Below are positions 19,886 through 27,958 of a stretch of 64,000 nucleotides of DNA, piece by piece; position 1 is the first letter of the stretch, and each line of letters starts with the position of its first letter. The stretch is from Anaerolineales bacterium (GTDB taxonomy: Bacteria > Chloroflexota > Anaerolineae > Anaerolineales > UBA11579), in the NCBI GenBank assembly GCA_019637675.1, contig JAHBVE010000003.1, positions 271,696-335,695 of the forward strand, in the 5' to 3' direction. A program made the translations under genes and the position numbers. The notes under the pieces are model-generated. The model was not told the DNA's origin, searched no databases, and saw nothing but the letters and a program-made list of their open reading frames with translations.

Positions 19886-20980
19886 CTAGCCCAATTTCTC
19901 GTACAAAATGGCTTCGATACGTTCGGCCGTGCGCCCATCCCATAAGTCGGGCTGCTGGGGAGCCGCCTTCTGCCCCCGCAGCGCACGATAACCCTCAACA
20001 ATCCCCTGAGGGCTGTTGCCCACCAGGCGGTTGCCGCCCATCTGCAGCGTGATCGGGCGCTCCGTGTTCTCGCGCGCCGTCAGGCACGGGATGCCCAGCA
20101 CGGTGCTCTCTTCCTGAATGCCACCCGAGTCCGTCAAGATGAATTGAGCCTGCGTCATCAGGCTAACGAACTCGAGATACCCCACCGGCTCCAGCAGCCT
20201 GACCCCGCTGGCTTGCAGCGCATCCAGCAAGCCCCAGTCGGCCATGCGAGCCCGCGTGCGCGGGTGCACCGGGAAGATCAGCGGCGTGCTTTGCTGGATC
20301 GTAGCCAGCGCCTCAACGATCCCGCACAGCGCGCCTTGCTCATCCACGTTGGATGGGCGATGCAATGTCACCACGCCATACCCACCCGGCGTAAGCCCTT
20401 GCGCTTCCCAGGCGGCCAGCTGCTCAGCGGCCGGCTTGAAACGCAGCAAACTGTCCACCATGATGTTGCCCACGCGGAACACGCGCTCGGGCGGGATGCC
20501 GGCCGCGGCCAGATTCGTATCCGCATCCGGCGAGGGCGTGAATAAATAATCAGCCAGCACATCCGCCACGATGCGGTTGTGCTCCTCTGGCATCTCGCGG
20601 TCAAAGCTGCGCAGCCCGGCTTCCACATGCGCCAACGGAATGTTGAGCTTGTTGGCCGCGATCGAAGCGGCCAGGGTGGCATTGACATCGCCAAAGACAA
20701 CCACCATGTCCGGCCGGCGCGCCGTGAATTCCTTATCCAACTCAAGGATCACGCGCGCCACTTGCTCATTGACGCTGCCGCCATGAATATCCAAGTACAA
20801 ATCCGGCTCGGCCATCTGCAGCTGCCGGAAGAATACGTCTGACATGTTGGCGTCAAAATGTTGGCCAGTATGTATGAGGCGCGCCTGCAGGCGGCCCTTG
20901 GCCTGCACCGCCGCCATCAGCGGCGCCGCCTTCATAAAGTTAGGCCGCGCCCCTACCACCAGCGCCAGTTGCTTGGCCAT
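19886..20980 (-). CDS. wecB: UDP-N-acetylglucosamine 2-epimerase (non-hydrolysing)
   Basis: 364 aa. ARPNFMKAAPL, VFGDVNATLA, HVEAGLRSFD, HRPSNVD, DSGGIQEE are typical WecB/MnaA motifs. Confidence 0.9.
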   Translation of the reverse strand: MAKQLALVVGARPNFMKAAPLMAAVQAKGRLQARLIHTGQHFDANMSDVFFRQLQMAEPDLYLDIHGGSVNEQVARVILELDKEFTARRPDMVVVFGDVNATLAASIAANKLNIPLAHVEAGLRSFDREMPEEHNRIVADVLADYLFTPSPDADTNLAAAGIPPERVFRVGNIMVDSLLRFKPAAEQLAAWEAQGLTPGGYGVVTLHRPSNVDEQGALCGIVEALATIQQSTPLIFPVHPRTRARMADWGLLDALQASGVRLLEPVGYLEFVSLMTQAQFILTDSGGIQEESTVLGIPCLTARENTERPITLQMGGNRLVGNSPQGIVEGYRALRGQKAAPQQPDLWDGRTAERIEAILYEKLG

Positions 20981-20981
20981 G

Positions 20982-22202
20982 CTAGTTCACCAACTCCGCG
21001 GCCTGGGCGGCCACATGCTGGCCGATGGCCAGGCTGGCCGTGGCCCCCGGTGATGGTGCATTCAGCACATGCAGCCAGCCGTCGCCGTGCGCAAAGCGGA
21101 AATCCTCAACCAACTTGCCGTCCTTATCCACCGCCTGGGCGCGCACCCCCGCCCGCGCCGGCAGCAGGTCCTCGGCCGTGACCGCTGGCATCATCTGCTG
21201 CACATCCCGCGCGAACACGCGCACATTCCCTGACCGCATCAATTCACCCAGGCCCATTTTTAGATTTGGCAGCACCAGCCGCCAGAAACCACTGTAACTC
21301 AACGACTCTAACGTATCTTGCAGATCAAAATCCCTACTGAAATAGCCCTCGCGCCGCAGGCTGAACACGGCATTGGGGCCAACCAGCACTTCGCCATCCG
21401 TCATGCGGGTCAGGTGCACACCCAGGAACGGGAAGCGCGGATCGGCCAGCGGATAGACCATGCCGCGCACCAGGTGCTGGGCCTCCGGCCGCAGCCGGAA
21501 GTACTCGCCGCGGAACGGCACGATGCGCAGCCCAGGGTCCACCCCAGTCTGGCGGGCCAGCCGGTCGCTGTACAGGCCGCCGCAGTTCACAGCCACCCGC
21601 GTTTGCACTTCGCCCTGGCTGGTGTGCAGATGCAATATCCCATTTTTGCGCACAAAGCGCTGTAATTTGGCGCCCAGGTGCACTTCTGCGCCCGCCTGCG
21701 CCAGATCCTGCGCCAACGCCCGCGCCACATGCCCATAATCTACGATACCCGCCTGCGGCACCCAGATGGCCTGCAAGGCGCACACATACGGCTCGATCTC
21801 GGCGATACGCTCCTGGCCCACGATCTCCAGCGCCAGCCCGTTCTCGAGGCCGCGCGCATACAGCGGCTGCAGGCGTGGCACTTCGTCCTCGCGGGTGGCG
21901 ACGATCAGCTTGCCGGTCATCTCATACTTGATCTTGTGCTCGTCGCAAAAGGCCAGCATGGCGGTGCGCCCGGCCGCGGTCAGCTGCGCCTTTAAGCTGC
22001 CCTTCTTGTAATAGATACCGGAGTGCAGCACGCCGCTGTTGCGGCCGGATTGGTGCGCGGCTACCTGCGGCTCCTTCTCCAGCACGGCCAGCGAGCTGCC
22101 GGGGTACTGCTGCAGCAAGGCCCACGCCGTCGCCAACCCCACCAGGCCGCCGCCGATCACCACAAAATCATATGGCTTGGTTTGCATACCTGAAGTCATC
22201 AT
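20982..22202 (-). CDS. lhgO: L-2-hydroxyglutarate oxidase/dehydrogenase (FAD-dependent)
   Basis: 406 aa. FAD motif DFVVIGGGLVGLA, then HQSGRNSGVLHSGIYYKKGSLKA, typical of the LhgO family. Confidence 0.8.
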   Translation of the reverse strand: MMTSGMQTKPYDFVVIGGGLVGLATAWALLQQYPGSSLAVLEKEPQVAAHQSGRNSGVLHSGIYYKKGSLKAQLTAAGRTAMLAFCDEHKIKYEMTGKLIVATREDEVPRLQPLYARGLENGLALEIVGQERIAEIEPYVCALQAIWVPQAGIVDYGHVARALAQDLAQAGAEVHLGAKLQRFVRKNGILHLHTSQGEVQTRVAVNCGGLYSDRLARQTGVDPGLRIVPFRGEYFRLRPEAQHLVRGMVYPLADPRFPFLGVHLTRMTDGEVLVGPNAVFSLRREGYFSRDFDLQDTLESLSYSGFWRLVLPNLKMGLGELMRSGNVRVFARDVQQMMPAVTAEDLLPARAGVRAQAVDKDGKLVEDFRFAHGDGWLHVLNAPSPGATASLAIGQHVAAQAAELVN

Positions 22203-22244
22203 AACTCAGCCAAACTTGACGAGCATCTACCCGCACACTACAAT

Positions 22245-22445
22245 GGTCAGGCTCATTAACATTGCAACTGGGTGGCTGTTGTCTTTGCGACAACGGCAAC
22301 TGCGAAGCCGGTGAGATGCCGGCGCTGTCCCGCAACTGTGATCCGCCTCTGTAGCTAGAGCGCGGTAAGCCAGGTCGCCGGCCCAGCTTGCTCAAGCACG
22401 ATCCTCGATGGATAAGGAGGTGCCCTTGCTCAAGCCCATGACCCC
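22245..22445 (+). ncRNA. Cobalamin (B12) riboswitch
   Basis: Core GAAGCCGGTGAGATGCCGGCGCTGTCCCGCAACTGTGA and B12-box-like GTAAGCCAGGTCGCCGGCC match the conserved cobalamin riboswitch core. Located in the leader of a BtuF/BtuC/BtuD-like importer operon. Ends are approximate. Confidence 0.8.
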
Positions 22446-22463
22446 CGCTTGACGCCAGCCCTT

Positions 22464-22490
22464 CCCTGCCTCGTGCAGGGATTTTTGTTT
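22464..22490 (+). terminator. Intrinsic terminator-like hairpin, probable riboswitch expression platform
   Basis: CCCTGC-ctcgt-GCAGGG followed by ATTTTTGTTT, about 35 nt before the start codon at 22526. Confidence 0.5.
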
Positions 22491-22525
22491 AACTTGGCTT
22501 ATGAATTAACACAAAGGAGTTTTCC

Positions 22526-23488
22526 GTGAAAAAACGCATTCTCAGCAGCCTCTTGCTGCTCGCTCTGCTGGCCGCCTGCGCCCCCGCTGCGGTGGCCACT
22601 CAAGTTCCCACCGCGGTAGTCGAACAGCCTACCGCCGCACCGGTTGTCGATACCAGCATCAGCCTGACCGATGACCTGGGCCGCGAGGTAACCCTCGAAG
22701 CCCCGGCTGCCCGCGTGGTGTCGATGGCCCCGTCCAACACTGAGTTGCTCTTCGCCGTGGGCGCGGGTGACCAGGTCGTTGGCCGTGACCCGTACTCCAA
22801 CTTCCCCGAGGAAGCCTTCGACATCACCGACATTGGCGACACCTACGCCAGCCTCAACACCGAGCTGATCCTCAGCCTCGAACCGGATCTCGTGCTGGCC
22901 GCCGGCATCACGCCGCCGGAGCAAGTCGACCAGCTCGAGCAGCTGGGCATCACGGTCTACTGGCTCGGCAACCCGACTGACCTCGAGGGCCTCTACCGCA
23001 ACCTGGAGACCGTTGGCATCCTCACCGGCAATGAGCAGGAAGCCCTGGCCGCCATTGATGACCTCAGCGCCCGCGCCGAGGCCGTGCTCGAGAAAGTGGC
23101 CACCGTCACCGAACGGCCCACCGTCTTCTATGAAGTCGATGGCCAGACCGACCCCAGCGCGCCGTTCACTGCCGGTGGCGGTACCTTCATTGACCTCATC
23201 ATCAACCTGGCTGGCGGCGCCAACATCGTCGGCAGCCAGGAAGGCTACATCGCCTACAGCATCGAAGACCTGCTGGTGGCTGACCCCAGTGTGATCCTGC
23301 TGGGCGACTACGCCTGGGGCGCTACGGTGGAGTCCGTCGCAGCCCGCGCCGGTTGGGGCGCCCTGTCGGCGGTCACCAACGACCGTGTCTACCCGTTCAA
23401 CGATGACCACATGAGCCGCCCGGGGCCGCGCCTCATCAACGCGCTCGAAGAATTGGCCCTGCTGCTTCACCCGGAACTGTTCGACTAA
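22526..23488 (+). CDS. ABC transporter periplasmic-binding lipoprotein, cobalamin/Fe3+-siderophore type (BtuF-like)
   Basis: 320 aa. Lipoprotein signal MKKRILSSLLLLALLAAC. Cluster A-II type binding protein pattern (RVVSMAPSNTELLFAVGAGDQVVG). Downstream of the B12 riboswitch. Confidence 0.85.
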   Translation: MKKRILSSLLLLALLAACAPAAVATQVPTAVVEQPTAAPVVDTSISLTDDLGREVTLEAPAARVVSMAPSNTELLFAVGAGDQVVGRDPYSNFPEEAFDITDIGDTYASLNTELILSLEPDLVLAAGITPPEQVDQLEQLGITVYWLGNPTDLEGLYRNLETVGILTGNEQEALAAIDDLSARAEAVLEKVATVTERPTVFYEVDGQTDPSAPFTAGGGTFIDLIINLAGGANIVGSQEGYIAYSIEDLLVADPSVILLGDYAWGATVESVAARAGWGALSAVTNDRVYPFNDDHMSRPGPRLINALEELALLLHPELFD

Positions 23489-23516
23489 GTAACCAGAAAC
23501 AAGCAGGGCGGGCTAT

Positions 23517-24551
23517 ATGCCCGCCCTGCCATTGCTTATGAGACCTTTTATCCGCCGCCACCCATTCATCACCACCGCCATCCTGTTGGTCGGCGCGTTC
23601 TTGCTCAGCATTGCGCTAGGTTCTGTCTTCATTCCGCCTGAGAGCATATTCAAAGCCTTGCTCGGCCTTGAACCGTTGCAGGGCACGCTCAACACCATCC
23701 TGTTCGAGATCCGCCTGCCGCATGCCGTGCTCATCACCCTCACCGGCGCGGCGCTGGCCGCCAGCGGCACGGCCTACCAGGGCCTGTTCCGCAACCCGCT
23801 GGCCGATCCGTACCTCATCGGCATCGCCTCCGGCGCCGGGTTGGGCGCCGTCACCATGATGGCGCGTGACTGGCCCAAGGATCTACTGGGCTTCTACAGC
23901 ATCCCCGCCGCCGCCTTCGCCGGCGCGCTGCTCACCGTCGCCATCGTGTACTGGATCGCCCGCCTGGGCAAAACCGTGCCGGTCACCACGCTGATCCTGG
24001 CTGGCGTCGCCGTCAGCACCTTCGCCACCTCGCTCAGCTCCTTCCTCATGCTCCAGTCCGAAAGCGAGCTGCGCCGCGCCATCGCCTGGCTGCTGGGCGG
24101 CGCGGCCCTCAACGGCTGGCAGCCGGTCATCGCCATGCTGCCCTACGTCACCGTCGGCATCATCATCCTGCTGCTCTCCGGCCACCAGCTCAACGTGCTG
24201 CAGACCGGCGAAGAGCAGGCCCAGCAGCTTGGCCTGCCGGTCGAGCGCATCAAGCTGGTGCTCATCGTGGCCGCCTCGCTGGCCGCGGCCGCCGCGGTGG
24301 CTTTCTCCGGCATGATCGGCTTCATCGGTCTGGTCATCCCGCACTCTTTGCGTCTCATTTGGGGCGGCGACCATCGCCGCTTGCTGCCGCTCTCGCTGCT
24401 CGGTGGCGCGGCCGCCTTGCTGCTGGCCGATGTGGTGGCGCGCACCATCCTGCCGCCGCAGGTCATCCCGGTCGGCATCATCACCGCTCTGGTCGGTGTG
24501 CCTTTTTTCCTTTGGTTGCTGCGCCGCGCCAAGGCGCAGATGTATTGGTGA
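23517..24551 (+). CDS. FecCD-family ABC permease (BtuC-like)
   Basis: 344 aa. Typical FecCD motifs (RLPHAVLITLTGAALAASG, LADPYLIGIASGAGLG, FIGLVIPH). Confidence 0.9.
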   Translation: MPALPLLMRPFIRRHPFITTAILLVGAFLLSIALGSVFIPPESIFKALLGLEPLQGTLNTILFEIRLPHAVLITLTGAALAASGTAYQGLFRNPLADPYLIGIASGAGLGAVTMMARDWPKDLLGFYSIPAAAFAGALLTVAIVYWIARLGKTVPVTTLILAGVAVSTFATSLSSFLMLQSESELRRAIAWLLGGAALNGWQPVIAMLPYVTVGIIILLLSGHQLNVLQTGEEQAQQLGLPVERIKLVLIVAASLAAAAAVAFSGMIGFIGLVIPHSLRLIWGGDHRRLLPLSLLGGAAALLLADVVARTILPPQVIPVGIITALVGVPFFLWLLRRAKAQMYW

Positions 24552-24559
24552 GCCATGCC

Positions 24560-25333
24560 ATGCTGAAGATCGAACAGCTTGAGCTCGCCTACGGCAGCAC
24601 ACCCGTACTTACGGATCTCAGCCTGCAAGTGCAGCCAGGCGAAGTGCTGGGCCTCATCGGCCCCAATGGGGCCGGCAAAAGCAGCCTGATCCGCGCCCTC
24701 AGCGGGGTGCTGGCGCCGCGCCGCGGGCGCATCTCCTTCAACGGGCAAGACCTGCTGGCCATGCCCGAAGCGCAGCGCGCTCGCCTGGTCAGCGTCGTGC
24801 CGCAATCCACCCAGCTACCGCCCGCCTTCACCGTCTACGAATGCGTGGCCCTGGGCCGTACGCCCCACCTCAACTGGCTGGGCAGCTTGGGCGCGCAGGA
24901 TAGGGCGAAAATTGACTGGGCCATGCAGGTAACCGAGAGCGCCGCGCTAAAAAACCGCCGTGCCGGCGAGCTTTCTGGCGGCGAACAGCAGCGCGTGCTG
25001 CTTGCCCGCGCCCTGGCGCAGGATTGCCCCATCCTGCTGCTTGACGAGCCGACCGCCCACCTCGATCTCCACCACCAGGTCGCCATCCTCAACGTGGTGC
25101 GTAGCCTGGCCCGCGAGCGTGAGCTGGCCGTGCTGGTCGCCCTGCACGATCTCAATCTGGCGTCCCTGTTCGCCCAGCGGCTGGCCCTGCTGGTCAACGG
25201 ACGCCTGCAGGCCGAAGGCACTCCCGCACAGGTGCTTACCCGGGAAGCGCTGCAGCAGGCCTACTCCGTTTCCACCCGCATTCTGCCCAATCCAGAAACT
25301 GGGCAGCCCTGGGTTGTCCTCCAAGACAAATAG
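24560..25333 (+). CDS. ABC transporter ATP-binding protein (BtuD/FepC-like)
   Basis: MLKIEQLELAYG...; Walker A GPNGAGKSS; signature LSGGEQQR; Walker B LLLLDEPTAHLD. An alternative GTG start at 24548 overlaps (GTGA) the permease stop. Confidence 0.9.
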   Translation: MLKIEQLELAYGSTPVLTDLSLQVQPGEVLGLIGPNGAGKSSLIRALSGVLAPRRGRISFNGQDLLAMPEAQRARLVSVVPQSTQLPPAFTVYECVALGRTPHLNWLGSLGAQDRAKIDWAMQVTESAALKNRRAGELSGGEQQRVLLARALAQDCPILLLDEPTAHLDLHHQVAILNVVRSLARERELAVLVALHDLNLASLFAQRLALLVNGRLQAEGTPAQVLTREALQQAYSVSTRILPNPETGQPWVVLQDK

Positions 25334-25394
25334 CCGACATTCAGCCCGCTAAAATTCAGCCTGCGATTCCGCCGCGCAGGCCGGCCCGCATGCG

Positions 25395-25400
25395 TACAAT
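25395..25400 (+). promoter_or_regulatory. Candidate -10 element (TACAAT) placed for a leaderless transcript
   Basis: TACAAT lies 6 nt upstream of the ATG at 25407. No Shine-Dalgarno sequence in between. Confidence 0.3.
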
Positions 25401-25406
25401 GCGCGC

Positions 25407-26399
25407 ATGTCTGTAAAGCGCATCCTAGTCGTCGAAGATCAGCCGCAAGCAGCCCACGCGCTGCTGGAAGGGCTGGCCAGCCTGGGGCCGGCCATCACCG
25501 CCCATAGCGCGCCCTCTGCAGAGGCAGCCTTGCGCGCCTTGCAAGACGCACCCTTCGACATGCTGATCGCCGATGTGCTGCTGCCCGGCATCTCCGGCCT
25601 GGAGTTGATGGCGCGTTTCCGCCGCCACAACCCGGCCACCCGCGTGATCCTGCTCAGCGGCGTGCAAGACGAAGCGATCCGCAGCCAGGTGGCCCGCAGC
25701 GGCGCGGATGGCTTTTTCTTCAAGCCGGTCGAGCTGGCCGACGTGCTGGATGCCGTGGAACGCCAGCTCGGCCTGGTCAAGACCATCCTGCCCACCGAGC
25801 TTTCCGTCATCAAGAACTCGCAAGACAACGAAGCCAACATCGCCCAGGAACTGGCCGAATTGCGCTTCACCGCCCAGGCCTACTCCGCCTTGCTCATCGC
25901 CACCGGCGGCCAGGTGCTGGCCCGCGCCGGCGTGCTGCCCAACCCATCCGTTGAGGCTGGCCTGATCACGCACATGCTTTCCGCCCTGCAATCCAGCCAG
26001 CGCATGGGCAGCCTGTTGGGCGCCGCCCAGCCGGATGATCTGCTGGCCATCCGCGGCGCAAACGAGCACGTCTACTTCACCAGCCTGGGTGGTGGCCGCT
26101 GCCTGGCCCTGGTCACCAAGCCGCTCAGCGCCCCGCGCGCTGCGGCGCTGGCGCAGGCGATGCACAAGACCAGCCTGCGCCTGGCCCAGTCACCCGAGGC
26201 TGCGCCGGCTGCCGAAGTCCGCCTGGCGGAAACCGACCCGCACCTGGAAAAGATCCTGGCCATGGAAGATACGCGGCCCAGCCGCGTGGTCGCCGAGCGC
26301 TACTGGCAGGCCGCTGAGCTGCAGGCGCCGCGCCTGCACGGCGCGCTCAGCTACGAGCAAGCCGCCCAGATCGGCCTGGCGCCGCCTATCCAACAATAG
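25407..26399 (+). CDS. Response regulator: REC domain plus about 200-aa non-HTH C-terminal region
   Basis: 330 aa. REC motifs ILVVEDQ, MLIADVLLPGISG, FFFKP. The C-terminal part has no recognisable DNA-binding motif. One segment (ALLIATGGQVLARAG...HVYFTSLGGGRCLALV) looks Roadblock/LC7-like (inference). Confidence 0.8.
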   Translation: MSVKRILVVEDQPQAAHALLEGLASLGPAITAHSAPSAEAALRALQDAPFDMLIADVLLPGISGLELMARFRRHNPATRVILLSGVQDEAIRSQVARSGADGFFFKPVELADVLDAVERQLGLVKTILPTELSVIKNSQDNEANIAQELAELRFTAQAYSALLIATGGQVLARAGVLPNPSVEAGLITHMLSALQSSQRMGSLLGAAQPDDLLAIRGANEHVYFTSLGGGRCLALVTKPLSAPRAAALAQAMHKTSLRLAQSPEAAPAAEVRLAETDPHLEKILAMEDTRPSRVVAERYWQAAELQAPRLHGALSYEQAAQIGLAPPIQQ

Positions 26400-26448
26400 G
26401 CTTGCTCCACATGTTACAATTTTGCGCCTTCGGCTAACCCCGACCCAT

Positions 26449-26519
26449 TGGGGCGTGGTGCAATGGCAGCACACCGGACTTTGAATCCGTGGATCCTGGT
26501 TCGAGTCCAGGCGCCCCGA
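26449..26519 (+). tRNA. tRNA-Gln (anticodon TTG)
   Basis: Acceptor TGGGGCG/CGCCCCG; T-arm CCTGG-TTCGAGT-CCAGG; anticodon loop CTTTGAA. Resembles E. coli tRNA-Gln. CCA not encoded. Confidence 0.85.
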
Positions 26520-26605
26520 CTTGCGTCAGCTATGCAAGCATCTGAAGACCCTCTCCCTGATTCTTCTCATTTTTCATTCTTAACGCCTGCCAGGTGGCCG
26601 GCGGT

Positions 26606-27958
26606 ATGACCACCCGCGTCGTTATTCTGGCCGCCGGCAAAGGCACGCGCATGCGCTCGCGCCTGCCCAAGATCCTGCACCCTCTTGGCGGCCGGCCCAT
26701 GGTGCAATACGCCCTGGAAGCTGCCCGCCAGGCCAGCCCGCTGCCACCGGTGCTCGTCATCGGCCACCAGGCCGCTGACATCCGCACCGCGGTCGGCGAC
26801 CAGGCTGACTATGTAGAACAGGCTGAGCAGAAGGGCACCGGCCACGCGGTCATGCAGGTCCAGAGCCTCCTAGAGGGCAAGGCCGAGCAGGTCATCGTCT
26901 CCAACGCGGATCTGCCCCTGCTGACTGGCGAAACCTTGACCGCTCTGGCTGAGGTGCACGCCAAAAGCAAGGCCGCCATTACCCTGCTGACCCTCAAGCA
27001 AAAGAATGCCCGTGGCTTTGGCCGCATCAAGCGCCTCAAAGGCAAGCCGGTCGCCATCATTGAAGAAGCCGAGGCGACTCCCAAACAGCTATTGATCGAT
27101 GAGCTCAATGTCGGCGCCTATTGCTTCAACGCCAAATGGCTGTGGGCCGCCCTCCAAAAGCTCAAACCCTCCCCCAATAAGGGCGAGTATTACCTGACCG
27201 ACTTGCTCGCCATCGCCGTCAAGCAAAACAAGAAGATCCACAGCCTGGAGCTGCAAGACCCCACCGAGGCGATCGGCATCAACACGCGTGAGCACCTGGC
27301 CGAAGCGGAGTACGCCCTGCGCCAGCGCATCAACCGCCACTGGATGCTGGCCGGTGTCACCATCCAGGACCCGCAAAGCACTTACATCGAGCCTGGGGTC
27401 ACCCTGGGGCAGGACACCACCATCCTGCCCAACACCATGCTGCTGGCTGGCACCCAGGTGGGCGAAGACTGCATCATCGGGCCTAACACCTCGATCAGCC
27501 ACAGCCGGGTCGGCAACGGCTGCCACATCCAGGCTGCCGTGGTGGAGCACGCCATCATCGAGAACGATGTAGAGATCGGCCCCTTCGCCCATCTGCGCAA
27601 GGGCGCCCACCTGGAAGACCACGTCCATATGGGCAACTTTGGCGAGATCAAGAATTCGCGCCTGGCCGCCGGCGTCAAGATGGGCCACTTCTCCTACATC
27701 GGCGACGCCACCATTGGCAAGAACGTCAACATCGGCGCAGGCACCATCACCGCCAATTACGACGGCCAAAACAAGAATCCCACCGTCATCGAAGACGGCG
27801 TCTTCATCGGCAGTGACACCATGCTGGTCGCCCCGCTGCACATCGGCAAAGGCGCCCGCACCGGCGCCGGCGCGGTGGTCACCAAAGATGTTCCCCCCAA
27901 TACTGTGGTCGCCGGCGTACCCGCCCGCGCCATCCGCAAACTGGAAGGTTCTGATTAG
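26606..27958 (+). CDS. glmU: Bifunctional UDP-N-acetylglucosamine pyrophosphorylase / glucosamine-1-phosphate N-acetyltransferase
   Basis: VILAAGKGTRMRS N-terminal nucleotidyltransferase motif. C-terminal left-handed beta-helix hexapeptide repeats (GKNVNIGAGTITANYDG). ATG at 26606 preferred over the GTG at 26594. Confidence 0.9.
   Translation: MTTRVVILAAGKGTRMRSRLPKILHPLGGRPMVQYALEAARQASPLPPVLVIGHQAADIRTAVGDQADYVEQAEQKGTGHAVMQVQSLLEGKAEQVIVSNADLPLLTGETLTALAEVHAKSKAAITLLTLKQKNARGFGRIKRLKGKPVAIIEEAEATPKQLLIDELNVGAYCFNAKWLWAALQKLKPSPNKGEYYLTDLLAIAVKQNKKIHSLELQDPTEAIGINTREHLAEAEYALRQRINRHWMLAGVTIQDPQSTYIEPGVTLGQDTTILPNTMLLAGTQVGEDCIIGPNTSISHSRVGNGCHIQAAVVEHAIIENDVEIGPFAHLRKGAHLEDHVHMGNFGEIKNSRLAAGVKMGHFSYIGDATIGKNVNIGAGTITANYDGQNKNPTVIEDGVFIGSDTMLVAPLHIGKGARTGAGAVVTKDVPPNTVVAGVPARAIRKLEGSD

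Noticed and set aside
19813-20001. Upstream extensions of several minus-strand track ORFs: 19324..20001, 2315..3433, 8518..9774, 13020..14381, 16341..17495, 33226..34800, 32284..32811, 32738..33268, 40429..42906, 47690..48463 and 54836..56014
   Set aside because: The extensions overlap the preceding gene or lack similarity to the family N-terminus. Internal starts give canonical N-termini (for example MKIAVV, MSKPLPFAKVLIANRGE, MDEKALQTLEF, lipoprotein signals) and typical 1-13-nt gene overlaps, so the CDSs were trimmed.
27639-27887. N-terminal 83 codons of the 27639..29234 track ORF
   Set aside because: This part lies entirely inside glmU in another frame and translates to a Pro/Ser/Thr/Ala-rich sequence. 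The real CorC-family protein begins near the glmU stop.
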